NCBI GenBank assembly: GCA_031414955.1
Contig: JANOQV010000308.1
Location: 33,769-97,768 of the forward strand
Reading direction: 5' to 3'
DNA length: 64,000 bases
From: Pedosphaera sp.
GTDB taxonomy: Bacteria; Verrucomicrobiota; Verrucomicrobiia; Limisphaerales; SIBH01
A model generated the notes under the pieces. It was not told the origin of the DNA and did not search any database. It saw nothing but the letters and a program-made list of their open reading frames with translations. A program made the position numbers and the translations under genes. Shown in pieces: positions 1-8,499 of the stretch; the stretch's first letter is position 1; each line of letters starts with the position of its first letter.

Positions 1-5
1 ATTAC

Positions 6-1193
6 ATGCTGGTGGGTGACGATGAGAACCAGGTGCTGCGCATTTTCAGCCGCAGCAATTCCGGGCCGGCCCTGGTGAAGTTCGATCTGAATCCGTTCCT
101 CGGCCTGGAAGATTTCTATGACAACGGTAAGCCGCGCGAGATCGACCTGGAAGGCTCCACCCGTGTGGGCAACCGCCTTTACTGGCTCGGTTCGCACTCG
201 CACTCGCGCGATGCCGAGGTGCGCACCAATCGTGCGCGTGTGTTCGCCACCGACATCTCCGGCAGCGGCACGAACCTCGCCCTGAACTACCTCGGGCACT
301 ACGGATACCTGAAGCTCGATCTGATGAACTGGGACGCGACCAACGGCCACGGCCAGGGCAGCAATTATTACGGTCTCGTGGCGAGCGCCGATCCCGGCAA
401 GGATCCCAAATCGCTGGATGGCTCCGGCTTCAACATCGAAGGACTGGCCATGGCCCCGGGCAGCACCAACACCGCTTACATCTGCTTCCGCGCGCCGCTC
501 ATCCCGACGACCAATCGGGTCAAGGCGCTGCTCGTGCCCGTGACCAACTTCGCCGCCGTGGCCACGAGCAGCGCGACCAATCCGGGACTGGCAAAATTCG
601 GCGCACCGATGGAACTGAACCTGGGCGGACGCGGCTTCCGCAGCGTGGAAGGCGGCAGCAACGGCTACCTCATCGTGGCCGGACCACCGGGCTTGGCCAG
701 CGGCGTCACGCCGAGCGACTTTCGGATCTTCACCTGGAACGGCTTCGCCACCAACACGCCGCAGGAGCGCGCCGCCGCGCTCACCAACATGATCCCCGAG
801 GGCATCGTGGAGTTGCCGCCCGGCCCGTGGACGAGCAACTCGACCGTCCAAATCATCTCCGACAACGGCATCACGGTTTTCTACAACGACCTGATCGAAG
901 CCAAGCAGCTCACCACGCCGGAATTCAAAAAATTTCGCAGCGACTGGGTGACGCTGGGACCGGCGGTGATCACCCGGCCGGTGATCAAATCTTTCCTACG
1001 CGCCGGCCCCAATTGCGCGCTCCAGTGGTACTCCGTGGCGGGAACCACCTACCGCGTGCAGTGGAAGCTCGCGCTGCCCGATGCGCTCTGGCGCGACCTG
1101 CCAGGCGACGTGACCGCGAGCGATGCGGTGGCCGCCAAGCTGGTCTCGGTGACCGGCATCACGCAGCGATTTTTTCGCGTGGTCGTACCGTAA
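6..1193 (+). CDS. DUF3616-like beta-propeller protein with C-terminal beta-sandwich domain (5'-truncated by window edge)
   Basis: Motifs DLEGSTRVGNRLYWLGSHS, GFNIEGLA, LGGRGFR and PEGIV resemble DUF3616; frame is open to position 1; ends in QRFFRVVVP. Confidence 0.7.
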   Translation: MLVGDDENQVLRIFSRSNSGPALVKFDLNPFLGLEDFYDNGKPREIDLEGSTRVGNRLYWLGSHSHSRDAEVRTNRARVFATDISGSGTNLALNYLGHYGYLKLDLMNWDATNGHGQGSNYYGLVASADPGKDPKSLDGSGFNIEGLAMAPGSTNTAYICFRAPLIPTTNRVKALLVPVTNFAAVATSSATNPGLAKFGAPMELNLGGRGFRSVEGGSNGYLIVAGPPGLASGVTPSDFRIFTWNGFATNTPQERAAALTNMIPEGIVELPPGPWTSNSTVQIISDNGITVFYNDLIEAKQLTTPEFKKFRSDWVTLGPAVITRPVIKSFLRAGPNCALQWYSVAGTTYRVQWKLALPDALWRDLPGDVTASDAVAAKLVSVTGITQRFFRVVVP

Positions 1194-1220
1194 GTTTGAT
1201 TCCCGGGGCGCGTTTCCTCT

Positions 1221-1250
1221 TTTACCTCCACCCTTCGCTTCGCCTAGCTT
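1221..1250 (+). promoter_or_regulatory. Putative sigma70-type promoter, leaderless start
   Basis: TTTACC-N18-TAGCTT-N7-GTG(1258); no Shine-Dalgarno sequence. Confidence 0.35.
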
Positions 1251-1257
1251 CACGCCC

Positions 1258-2244
1258 GTGGACAACGAACTGCCGCGCGTCACCATCATCGTCCCGACCA
1301 AGCCCGGCCAGACGGAGATCAAATCCGTCGAGGCCGCCCGACGTCTGGATTACCCGAAGGACAAACTGGAGATCCTCGTCGCGCGGGGCCGGCAGCCGGC
1401 CATCCAGCGGAACCGTGCCCTACGCGAGGCCACTGGCGACATCATCTACTTCCTCGATGACGACTCGCAGCCCGCGCCCGACGCTTTGCGCCGCGCGGTG
1501 GAACACTTCCGCGATCCCCAGGTTCAAATGGTTGGCGGACCGAACGTATGCCCGCCCGAGGCCCCGTTCCTGGAGCAAGTCTTCGCCGTGGGCCTCGCCA
1601 GTTGGATTGCCTTCGGCCCGAGCCGCGCGCGTTACGACCAGGTCGGAGCGGTGCGCTCCAGCAGCGAGAAGGAGTTGATCCTCTGCAACCTGCTGGCGCG
1701 GCGCACGACCACGCTGGAACTTGGCGGCTTCGACGAGGCGCTTTATCCGAACGAGGAAAACGCGCTCATGGATGCGTTGCAGAAGCGCGGCGGCAAGCTG
1801 ATTTACGATCCCGACGTCGTGGCCATGCGCCGCCCGCGCCCGACGCTTCAGGCGTTCTGCAAAATGCTCCTGACCTACGGCCGCGGCCGGGCCGAACAGT
1901 TCCGCCTGCATCCGACGCCCGGCTCGGTCATGAATTTCGTGCCGCCGCTGTTTGTGCTCTACCTGGCATTGCAATTGATTCTGCTTAATTTCACCACTTA
2001 CTTCGAGCGCCCTGCCCTCTTCCTGCTCCTCATGGCACCGGCGCTGGCCTACTGGCCGGCCTTGTTGCTTCAGACCCTGGCTTCAATGCCTCGGTTTGGA
2101 GTAGGGCGCAGCATCGCCGCCTTCCCCCTCCTCTTCACCACTCACGTCCTCTACGGTCTCGGTTTCTGGCGCGGATTGTTCACCCGCGCGGATCGTTCCC
2201 AACCCGTCAGGACGGAAGTGGGGATCGAACGCATGACGCCCTAA
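1258..2244 (+). CDS. Glycosyltransferase family 2 with C-terminal membrane helices
   Basis: VTIIVP start, RN.AL, FLDDD (DxD) motif, GGFDE, hydrophobic C-terminus; GTG start. Confidence 0.9.
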   Translation: MDNELPRVTIIVPTKPGQTEIKSVEAARRLDYPKDKLEILVARGRQPAIQRNRALREATGDIIYFLDDDSQPAPDALRRAVEHFRDPQVQMVGGPNVCPPEAPFLEQVFAVGLASWIAFGPSRARYDQVGAVRSSSEKELILCNLLARRTTTLELGGFDEALYPNEENALMDALQKRGGKLIYDPDVVAMRRPRPTLQAFCKMLLTYGRGRAEQFRLHPTPGSVMNFVPPLFVLYLALQLILLNFTTYFERPALFLLLMAPALAYWPALLLQTLASMPRFGVGRSIAAFPLLFTTHVLYGLGFWRGLFTRADRSQPVRTEVGIERMTP

Positions 2245-2347
2245 CGTGTCGACCAACTTGGGGAGGAGGCTGGCAGTTCGCGCCCGCCCCGCTTCGGCGC
2301 TGGCTTGCCACTGGGGCAAGTCGATGTTTTAGTCGCCCCTCAATCGC

Positions 2348-3259
2348 ATGAAAAATTCTGTGAAAACTTTGCTCGTCAGTCTGGCCTTGCCGCTCGCACT
2401 GTCCGTGGGCATCGGTCCGCTGCGCGCCGCAGAGGCACCGCCCAAGCCCACGGCCGCTCCTCCTGGGGCCAATGCCGCTCCTACCCAAATCAGCCCGGTG
2501 CTCAAGCAACTCCGGACGCTCATCGACAAGATCAACAGCAAGCTCACCGCCGGGGTGCGCACTCAGGAAGAACTGGCCGGGGAATTCAAGGAGTTCGACG
2601 TGCTGCTCGCCACGCACCAGCAGGAGAAGACCGAGGACGTGGCACAGATTGCCTGGATGAAGGCCATGCTGTACCTGCAAGTCTTTCAAGACATGCCCAA
2701 GGGCAAGGCGGTGTTGAAGGGCATCGCGACTGATTTTCCTGCGACCAAGATTGCCGCACAGGTGCCGCCAATCCTGGCCAACATCGAGCGCGTCGAGGCC
2801 AAGCAAGAAGCCTCGCGCAAGGCCCTGGAAGCGATGATGCCGGGGAAACCATTTCCAGATTTCAATGAAAAGGATATCTACGGACAGCCGCTCTCCATCG
2901 CCAAATACAAGGGCCAGGTGGTGCTGGTGGATTTCTGGGCCACCTGGTGCGGACCATGCATGATGGAATTGCCCAACGTGCTTTCGACCTATGCCAAGTA
3001 TCGCAGCAAAGGCTTCGACATCCTGGGCATCAGCCTCGACAAGGATGTCGGAGCACTGAAGGACTTCATCAAGCAGAAGCAGATGCCTTGGGCGCAGTAT
3101 TGTGACGGCCAGGTCTGGGAAAGCAAAATGGCCTTGAATTACGGAGTGATGGGCATTCCCGCGACCTACCTGCTCGATGGGCAGGGCAAGATCATCGGCA
3201 AGGACTTGCGCGGCCCCGCCCTCGAAGCCGCCGTGGCCGAAGCGCTGGCGAAGAAGTAA
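2348..3259 (+). CDS. Exported TlpA/ResA-family thiol-disulfide oxidoreductase with N-terminal helical domain
   Basis: Signal peptide; VLVDFWATWCGPC; GIPATYLLD cis-Pro loop. Confidence 0.9.
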   Translation: MKNSVKTLLVSLALPLALSVGIGPLRAAEAPPKPTAAPPGANAAPTQISPVLKQLRTLIDKINSKLTAGVRTQEELAGEFKEFDVLLATHQQEKTEDVAQIAWMKAMLYLQVFQDMPKGKAVLKGIATDFPATKIAAQVPPILANIERVEAKQEASRKALEAMMPGKPFPDFNEKDIYGQPLSIAKYKGQVVLVDFWATWCGPCMMELPNVLSTYAKYRSKGFDILGISLDKDVGALKDFIKQKQMPWAQYCDGQVWESKMALNYGVMGIPATYLLDGQGKIIGKDLRGPALEAAVAEALAKK

Positions 3260-3270
3260 CGGGACCCTCA

Positions 3271-3445
3271 GAGCCTGTCTGAAAATCAGGCGGACGGAGC
3301 GCGCCCGTCTCGGGCGCAGAAGCTTGAAAAGGTGGAAGGCGCTGCAAAAATCCACGCCGGCCTCAGTTCGTGCGTCGCTGCGCCCGGGACGAGCGCACTC
3401 CGGCCGGGTCTGGTGCCACCGGATTCTGGATTTTCAGACCAGCTC
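3271..3445. mobile_element. MITE-like non-autonomous element (175 bp)
   Basis: 17-bp terminal inverted repeats GAGCCTGTCTGAAAATC / GATTTTCAGACCAGCTC (15/17), flanked by TCA on both sides (3268-3270, 3446-3448); internal long inverted repeat. Confidence 0.75.
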
Positions 3446-3696
3446 TCAGCGAATATGTCCCCAGTGCCGATGCGGTTTGGCACTGCGGCTCATGCGGGGG
3501 GCAAGGAGCGACTTGGTTTCAGGATTCCGATCCGAACCGCTTCCAGACTGAGCACCGCTGTCCCCCCTTCTATAACTAGGCTTGGGCCAGAATTTGGACG
3601 TGATCCCCGGAGCAAAGATCCGGCGCAGGTCGAAACCGGCCGTGCACAGAATCCGAACCTCCCTGGATGGCAACTGACTCGGACGAGGTCTCAGTC

Positions 3697-5292
3697 TCAC
3701 TCCATACTGCGGCGCACCAGGCTGTCGCGCTGCGCCCAGGCGGGGTCGGCATTCGGGAAATCCAGACTGTAGTGCAACCCCCGGCTCTCCGGACGTTGCA
3801 GGGCGCACTCCACGATCAGTTGCGCCACCGTCGCGATGTTCCGCAGTTCGAGCAGATCGCTCGTGACGTTGAAGTCCCAGTAGTACTCCTGAATCTCGGA
3901 CTGAAGATTGGCCAGCCGGGCGCTGGCCCGTTGGAGCCGCTTGGTCGTGCGGACAATGCCGACATAATCCCACATGAGCCGGCGAATCTCGTCCCAATTA
4001 TGGGACACGACCACCAGTTCGTCGGCATTGTGCGCCCGCCCTGATTGCCAGGGCGGGAGATCCGCTTCAATGGGCGTGCGTGGGCGTTGCAGAAGTTTCG
4101 CGGCCGCGCGGTGGGCGCAGACCAGCGCCTCGAGGAGTGAATTACTGGCCAGGCGGTTCGCTCCGTGCAGACCGGTGCAGGCCACTTCGCCCACCGCGTA
4201 AAGGTTTTCAATCCCAGTCTCGCCCTCGAGGTTCGTGACCACGCCGCCGCATTGGTAATGCGCGGCGGGCACCACCGGAATGGCCTCCTTGGTGATGTCG
4301 ATACCGAGGGCCAAACAGGTCTTGTAGATGTTCGGAAAACGGTCGATGAGGAAGCGGGCCGGCTTGTGCGTGATGTCGAGCAGCACGCAATCCGCGCCGC
4401 TGCGCTTCATCTCGCTGTCGATGGCCCGGGCCACGATGTCGCGCGGGGCGAGGGATTTCAACTCATGGTGTTTGTCCATGAACTCCACGCCCTGGATCGT
4501 CTTCAAGATGCCCCCTTCACCCCGCACGGCCTCGGTGATGAGGAAAGACTTGGCCTTGGGATGGTAGAGGCAGGTCGGATGGAACTGCATAAACTCCATG
4601 TCCGAGATGGCCGCCCCCGCACGATAGGCCATGGCCACGCCATCGCCGGTCGCAATGTCGGGATTGGTCGTGTAGAGGTAAACCTTGCCGCAACCACCGG
4701 TGGCCAGCAGCACCACGGACGCGGCGAAGGTCTCCACCGCGCCGGTCTGGTTGTCGAGCACGTACACGCCCAGACAGCGATTCACGCCCGACTGGCCGAG
4801 CTTTTTCGTGGTCAGCAGATCGATGGCAAAATGATTCTCGAAGACTTGGATGTTCGGCTGCGCCGCCACGGCGGCGAGGAGGGCGCGTTCGATTTCGCGT
4901 CCGGTCACATCCTTGGCGTGAAGGATGCGACGCTTGGAGTGCCCGCCCTCCTTGCCCAGATCGAGTTCGCGATGACCGGCCACTTCGCGCTCGGAGAACT
5001 TCATGCCCAAGTCGATGAGTTCCTGCACGCAAGCCGGCCCCTCCTCGATGATGGTGCGAACGACCCGCTCGTGACACAACCCGGCCCCGGCCACGAGGGT
5101 GTCGCGGACGTGCATCTCTACCGAGTCCTCCTTGCTGGTGACGGCGGCAATACCGCCCTGGGCGTAGTTGGTGTTGGATTCGGCGCGATGTTTCTTGGTG
5201 ACGATGGCCACGCGCCCGCGCGGCGCGACCTTGAGCGCGAAGGATAGCCCGGCAATGCCGCTGCCCAGAACGATGTAGTCGAATTGTTTCAT
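3697..5292 (-). CDS. nadB: L-aspartate oxidase
   Basis: GSGIAG FAD motif, SNTNYAQGGIA, EGGHSKRRILH, QFHPT, GLHGANRLASNSLLE, ESRGLHY; start MKQFDY at 5292. Confidence 0.97.
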   Translation of the reverse strand: MKQFDYIVLGSGIAGLSFALKVAPRGRVAIVTKKHRAESNTNYAQGGIAAVTSKEDSVEMHVRDTLVAGAGLCHERVVRTIIEEGPACVQELIDLGMKFSEREVAGHRELDLGKEGGHSKRRILHAKDVTGREIERALLAAVAAQPNIQVFENHFAIDLLTTKKLGQSGVNRCLGVYVLDNQTGAVETFAASVVLLATGGCGKVYLYTTNPDIATGDGVAMAYRAGAAISDMEFMQFHPTCLYHPKAKSFLITEAVRGEGGILKTIQGVEFMDKHHELKSLAPRDIVARAIDSEMKRSGADCVLLDITHKPARFLIDRFPNIYKTCLALGIDITKEAIPVVPAAHYQCGGVVTNLEGETGIENLYAVGEVACTGLHGANRLASNSLLEALVCAHRAAAKLLQRPRTPIEADLPPWQSGRAHNADELVVVSHNWDEIRRLMWDYVGIVRTTKRLQRASARLANLQSEIQEYYWDFNVTSDLLELRNIATVAQLIVECALQRPESRGLHYSLDFPNADPAWAQRDSLVRRSME

Positions 5293-5478
5293 GCGTGACC
5301 CCGTGGCCCGGGGAACTGGCGGACACAACACGTCAGATTGGCGGGCGAATGGCAAGTCGCATCATGGCAGCCGCATCATGGCGGTTGGGCAGAGAACTGT
5401 TGTGATCCGCCGCGCGCGGGTCCGGCATTTCGGAATCGCCATCGTAGGGCGACGGGCCAAGGCGCGGGAACAGACCAG

Positions 5479-5507
5479 AAAAAAGCCCACGCGCCGGGCG
5501 CGTGGGC
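5479..5507 (-). terminator. Rho-independent terminator after the Gfo/Idh/MocA gene
   Basis: Minus strand GCCCACGCGCC-loop-GGCGCGTGGGC followed by a T run. Confidence 0.85.
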
Positions 5508-5531
5508 AGGTCGCAATGGATGCTGAACAAA

Positions 5532-6971
5532 TCAAGCTGACCAACCGGCCCGGTTCTGACGTTTCACATACTGTTCGGCTTCGGGCGCATTGGTGGCGCG
5601 CATGTTCGGGCCGTCCCATTCGAGCTTACGGCCCACGCCGACGCGCAGGGCTATGCAACCGAGCAGGATGCTTTCCGTGAGATAGGCGGCGACGTCGAAG
5701 TTCGAGTAGGCGGCCGGGCCGCCGTTCATGGCCGCAAACCATTCCTGGTCGTGGCCCGGCGAGCGCAGGATGGTCTTGGGCACCGCCAGGCAGGCCTCGT
5801 GCTTGTCGCCCTGCTGATAAGCCTTTTCCCCGTTGAGGATGACTTGGAAACGCGCGCCGTAATCGTCGCCGGCGAAAAGCTTGCCCTTGTCGCCAATGAC
5901 GAGGCAGCCGCTGGTCGGGAGTTCGTCGCGCTGGGACACGATCTCGCGGGTCACGTCGGCGCTCGGGCGCAACGGCGAGATGAAGTTGGCCGACTTGCGG
6001 TCGGGATTGCCGTCGTACCACCAAAACTTGCAAGGGGGCAGTCCGTCGCGCTCGGGGAAGTCGAAGCGGATGCGCGTGGTGAGCGGAAAGGTTTCCGGAT
6101 AAATGCGCGAGGCCACTTCCAACTCCACGGCCGTCGGGTAGCCGAGCTTCAGGGCGCGGAAAGGCATGTTCACCGTGTGGCAGGCCATGTCGCCGAGGGC
6201 GCCGGTGCCGAAATCGTACCAACCGCGCCAGGCGAAGTTGTGGTAAACGCTCTTCTTGAACGGACGCATCGCCGCCGGCCCCAGCCAGAGATCCCAATCC
6301 AGGTTCGCCGGCACGGGATCGGAACCGGAAGGTCGCATCAAGCCCTGCGGCCAGATGGGGCGATTGGACCAGACGTGCAGTTCGCGCGGCGCACCGATGA
6401 TGCCGGCATCGATGACCTCCACGGCGCGGCGCAAGCCGTCATTGGCGCTGCCCTGGTTGCCCATCTGTGTGGCCAGCTTGTTCTCCTTGGCCAGGCGGCG
6501 CATCTCGCGCGCTTCCCACACCGTCTGGGTGAGAGGCTTTTGACAGTAAATGTGTTTGCCCATCTTCATGGCCGTGATGCCGACCAGGCCGTGCATGTGG
6601 TCAGGCGTGGAAACGGTCACGGCGTCGATGGACTTGCCGACCTCGTCGAACATCTTGCGCCAGTCCTTGAAGAGCTTCGCGTCGTAGGTGCGGTTGGCCT
6701 TGGTGGCCTTGTCCCGGAACGACTTGTCCTTGCCGGTCAGGGTGTTGGAGTCCACGTCGCAGAGCGCGACAATGTTGCCCCCGAGGTTGAAGGCGCTGTT
6801 GGAGTCGCTGTCGCCTTTTCCGCCCACGCCGATGCAGGCAATGTTGATCTTGCTGTTGGCGTTCTGCGTCTTCGCGATGAAGGGCGCACCTAGAATCACC
6901 CCGCCCGTGAGCAGCGAGGATGATTTGATGAAGTCACGACGTGACCCGTAATGGAAAGTTTGCTTTGGCAT
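5532..6971 (-). CDS. Tat-exported Gfo/Idh/MocA family oxidoreductase
   Basis: SRRDFIK twin-arginine leader, IGVGGKG, STPDHMH, YCQKPL, GALGDMACH. Confidence 0.92.
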   Translation of the reverse strand: MPKQTFHYGSRRDFIKSSSLLTGGVILGAPFIAKTQNANSKINIACIGVGGKGDSDSNSAFNLGGNIVALCDVDSNTLTGKDKSFRDKATKANRTYDAKLFKDWRKMFDEVGKSIDAVTVSTPDHMHGLVGITAMKMGKHIYCQKPLTQTVWEAREMRRLAKENKLATQMGNQGSANDGLRRAVEVIDAGIIGAPRELHVWSNRPIWPQGLMRPSGSDPVPANLDWDLWLGPAAMRPFKKSVYHNFAWRGWYDFGTGALGDMACHTVNMPFRALKLGYPTAVELEVASRIYPETFPLTTRIRFDFPERDGLPPCKFWWYDGNPDRKSANFISPLRPSADVTREIVSQRDELPTSGCLVIGDKGKLFAGDDYGARFQVILNGEKAYQQGDKHEACLAVPKTILRSPGHDQEWFAAMNGGPAAYSNFDVAAYLTESILLGCIALRVGVGRKLEWDGPNMRATNAPEAEQYVKRQNRAGWSA

Positions 6972-7058
6972 GGGCCGTTCGTACGCCTGCGGCCCGGAGA
7001 GGACAAGGACATTTTGCAAAAGACCACGGCGGCGGGGCTTCTTGAAGTTGCGGCTATC

Positions 7059-7150
7059 CGAAAGCGGTGCTCAAGCGACCGCACTCCAAACGCTTCGCGC
7101 GGCACGAGGCGTCGGCCTTGGCACGCCAGCGTTTGGAGTGCGAAGGCTTT
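7059..7150. repeat. REP-like palindromic element
   Basis: Inverted pair CGCACTCCAAACGCT / AGCGTTTGGAGTGCG preceded by AAAGCGGTGCTCAAGCGAC; a similar start recurs at 63981-64000. Confidence 0.7.
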
Positions 7151-7170
7151 CTGACCGTGGGTCCGGCACC

Positions 7171-8349
7171 TCACACCGATTTGAGCGCGCCGATCACGGG
7201 CAGACGCGCGGCCCGGATCGCCGGGGGCAGACTGCCGACCACGCCCACGGTCAAGGCGAAGACCAACCCCTTGAGCAAATCGGGCGGGGTGATTTGGAAT
7301 TGAAAAACCACTTCGCTGAAGGTGTTGAAGTTCATCGTCCCAAAGCGCACGCCCCAGCCCAGGCAGATCGCCTGCGCCAGCAAGGCCAGCCCGCAACCCA
7401 GCAACCCGCCGACCACGGCCAGCATCGCGCCCTCGGCGATGAAGCAGCCCAGCACAGTGCGCCGACGGAAGCCCAGCACGCGCAAGGTGCCGATTTCGCG
7501 CGTGCGCGAGGCGATGCTCGCATACATCGTGTTCATGGCCGCGAACACCGCCCCGATGGACATGGCGGCGGCGAGCACCGTGCCCATGAAGCGGATCGGC
7601 TTCGCGGTCATGGTCTGCGCACTGTAATAGGCCACCTCGGAATCGACGCGCAGGGGCAGGCGCTTGTCCGATTCAATGCGCTGCCGCAAGGCCGCCGCGT
7701 CGTTGGTGTTTGCGACGCGCAGGAGCAGGCTGGAGAAAGCGTCCCGGTCGAAGATCGAGCGCGCTTCATCGGCGTCCATCCACATCTCGGAATCAAAGGC
7801 GCTGTTGCCGCCCTCGAACCATCCGACCACGGTCATCTCATGCGGGCCAGTCTTGAACTTCTGTCCGACCGCACATTGGGCGAAGCGCTCGGCCATTTTG
7901 CGGCTCACGACGGTCTCGCGATGGCCGGGCGAGAACCAGCGCCCCGCCACCAGCTTCACTTGCGGACGGAGCGCAATCCCCTGCCCCGTCACGCCGCGCA
8001 TGGAGACATTGGCCGAACCCCCGTCCCGGCGCGGGAGGTTGATCAGAATGACCAGGTCGGCGGAGATGAGCGGCTGACCCTGGGCGTCGCGCTCGATTTG
8101 CGGGAAGAACTGGATTTGCTGGAACTGCTGGCGGGTGACGATGCTGCTGGATTCGGCGGTGGAGCCTTTGCGGACAATCATCAAGTTGCGCGGATCGCCG
8201 GTGTTCTGACTGGAGCGCACCAACCCGCCGGCCATGGCCTGCATGAGCACATACACGGTGACGACCAGGGCCACGCTGAAGGTGGTCGCGATGGTGGCCC
8301 GCCAGCGGACGAAGACGTTGCGAAGATTGTATTGGAAGGCGAGAGGCAT
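7171..8349 (-). CDS. ABC transporter permease (MacB/FtsX family)
   Basis: One N-terminal TM, periplasmic domain, NTM...RTREIGTLRVLGF, three C-terminal TMs. Confidence 0.92.
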   Translation of the reverse strand: MPLAFQYNLRNVFVRWRATIATTFSVALVVTVYVLMQAMAGGLVRSSQNTGDPRNLMIVRKGSTAESSSIVTRQQFQQIQFFPQIERDAQGQPLISADLVILINLPRRDGGSANVSMRGVTGQGIALRPQVKLVAGRWFSPGHRETVVSRKMAERFAQCAVGQKFKTGPHEMTVVGWFEGGNSAFDSEMWMDADEARSIFDRDAFSSLLLRVANTNDAAALRQRIESDKRLPLRVDSEVAYYSAQTMTAKPIRFMGTVLAAAMSIGAVFAAMNTMYASIASRTREIGTLRVLGFRRRTVLGCFIAEGAMLAVVGGLLGCGLALLAQAICLGWGVRFGTMNFNTFSEVVFQFQITPPDLLKGLVFALTVGVVGSLPPAIRAARLPVIGALKSV

Positions 8350-8352
8350 TTA

Positions 8353-8497
8353 GAAAATCCAAATTCCAAATTCCAAATCCCAAATAAACTCCAATCTCCA
8401 ATCTCCAAATCCCAATCGCCTGCCATGCCGGCCCGCCGGTTTGGAATTTGATTTTTGGAATTTGTTTGGGATTTGGATTTTGGGATTTGGGATTTTC
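8353..8497. repeat. Inverted arrays of 7-nt tandem repeats (AAATTCC/AAATCCC/AATCTCC and complement)
   Basis: Left arm 8353-8415 and complementary right arm 8440-8497 around a short GC-rich spacer; fills the intergenic gap. Confidence 0.9.
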
Positions 8498-8499
8498 AT

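Noticed and set aside
3449..3696. Small Cys-containing ORFs after the MITE (CPQC, CGSC)
   Set aside because: They start inside the MITE, are short and lack coherent homology; probably non-coding
5293..5478. NAD riboswitch upstream of nadB
   Set aside because: No riboswitch consensus recognisable by eye; the clear hairpin is the upstream gene's terminator. An Rfam/Infernal scan would be decisive
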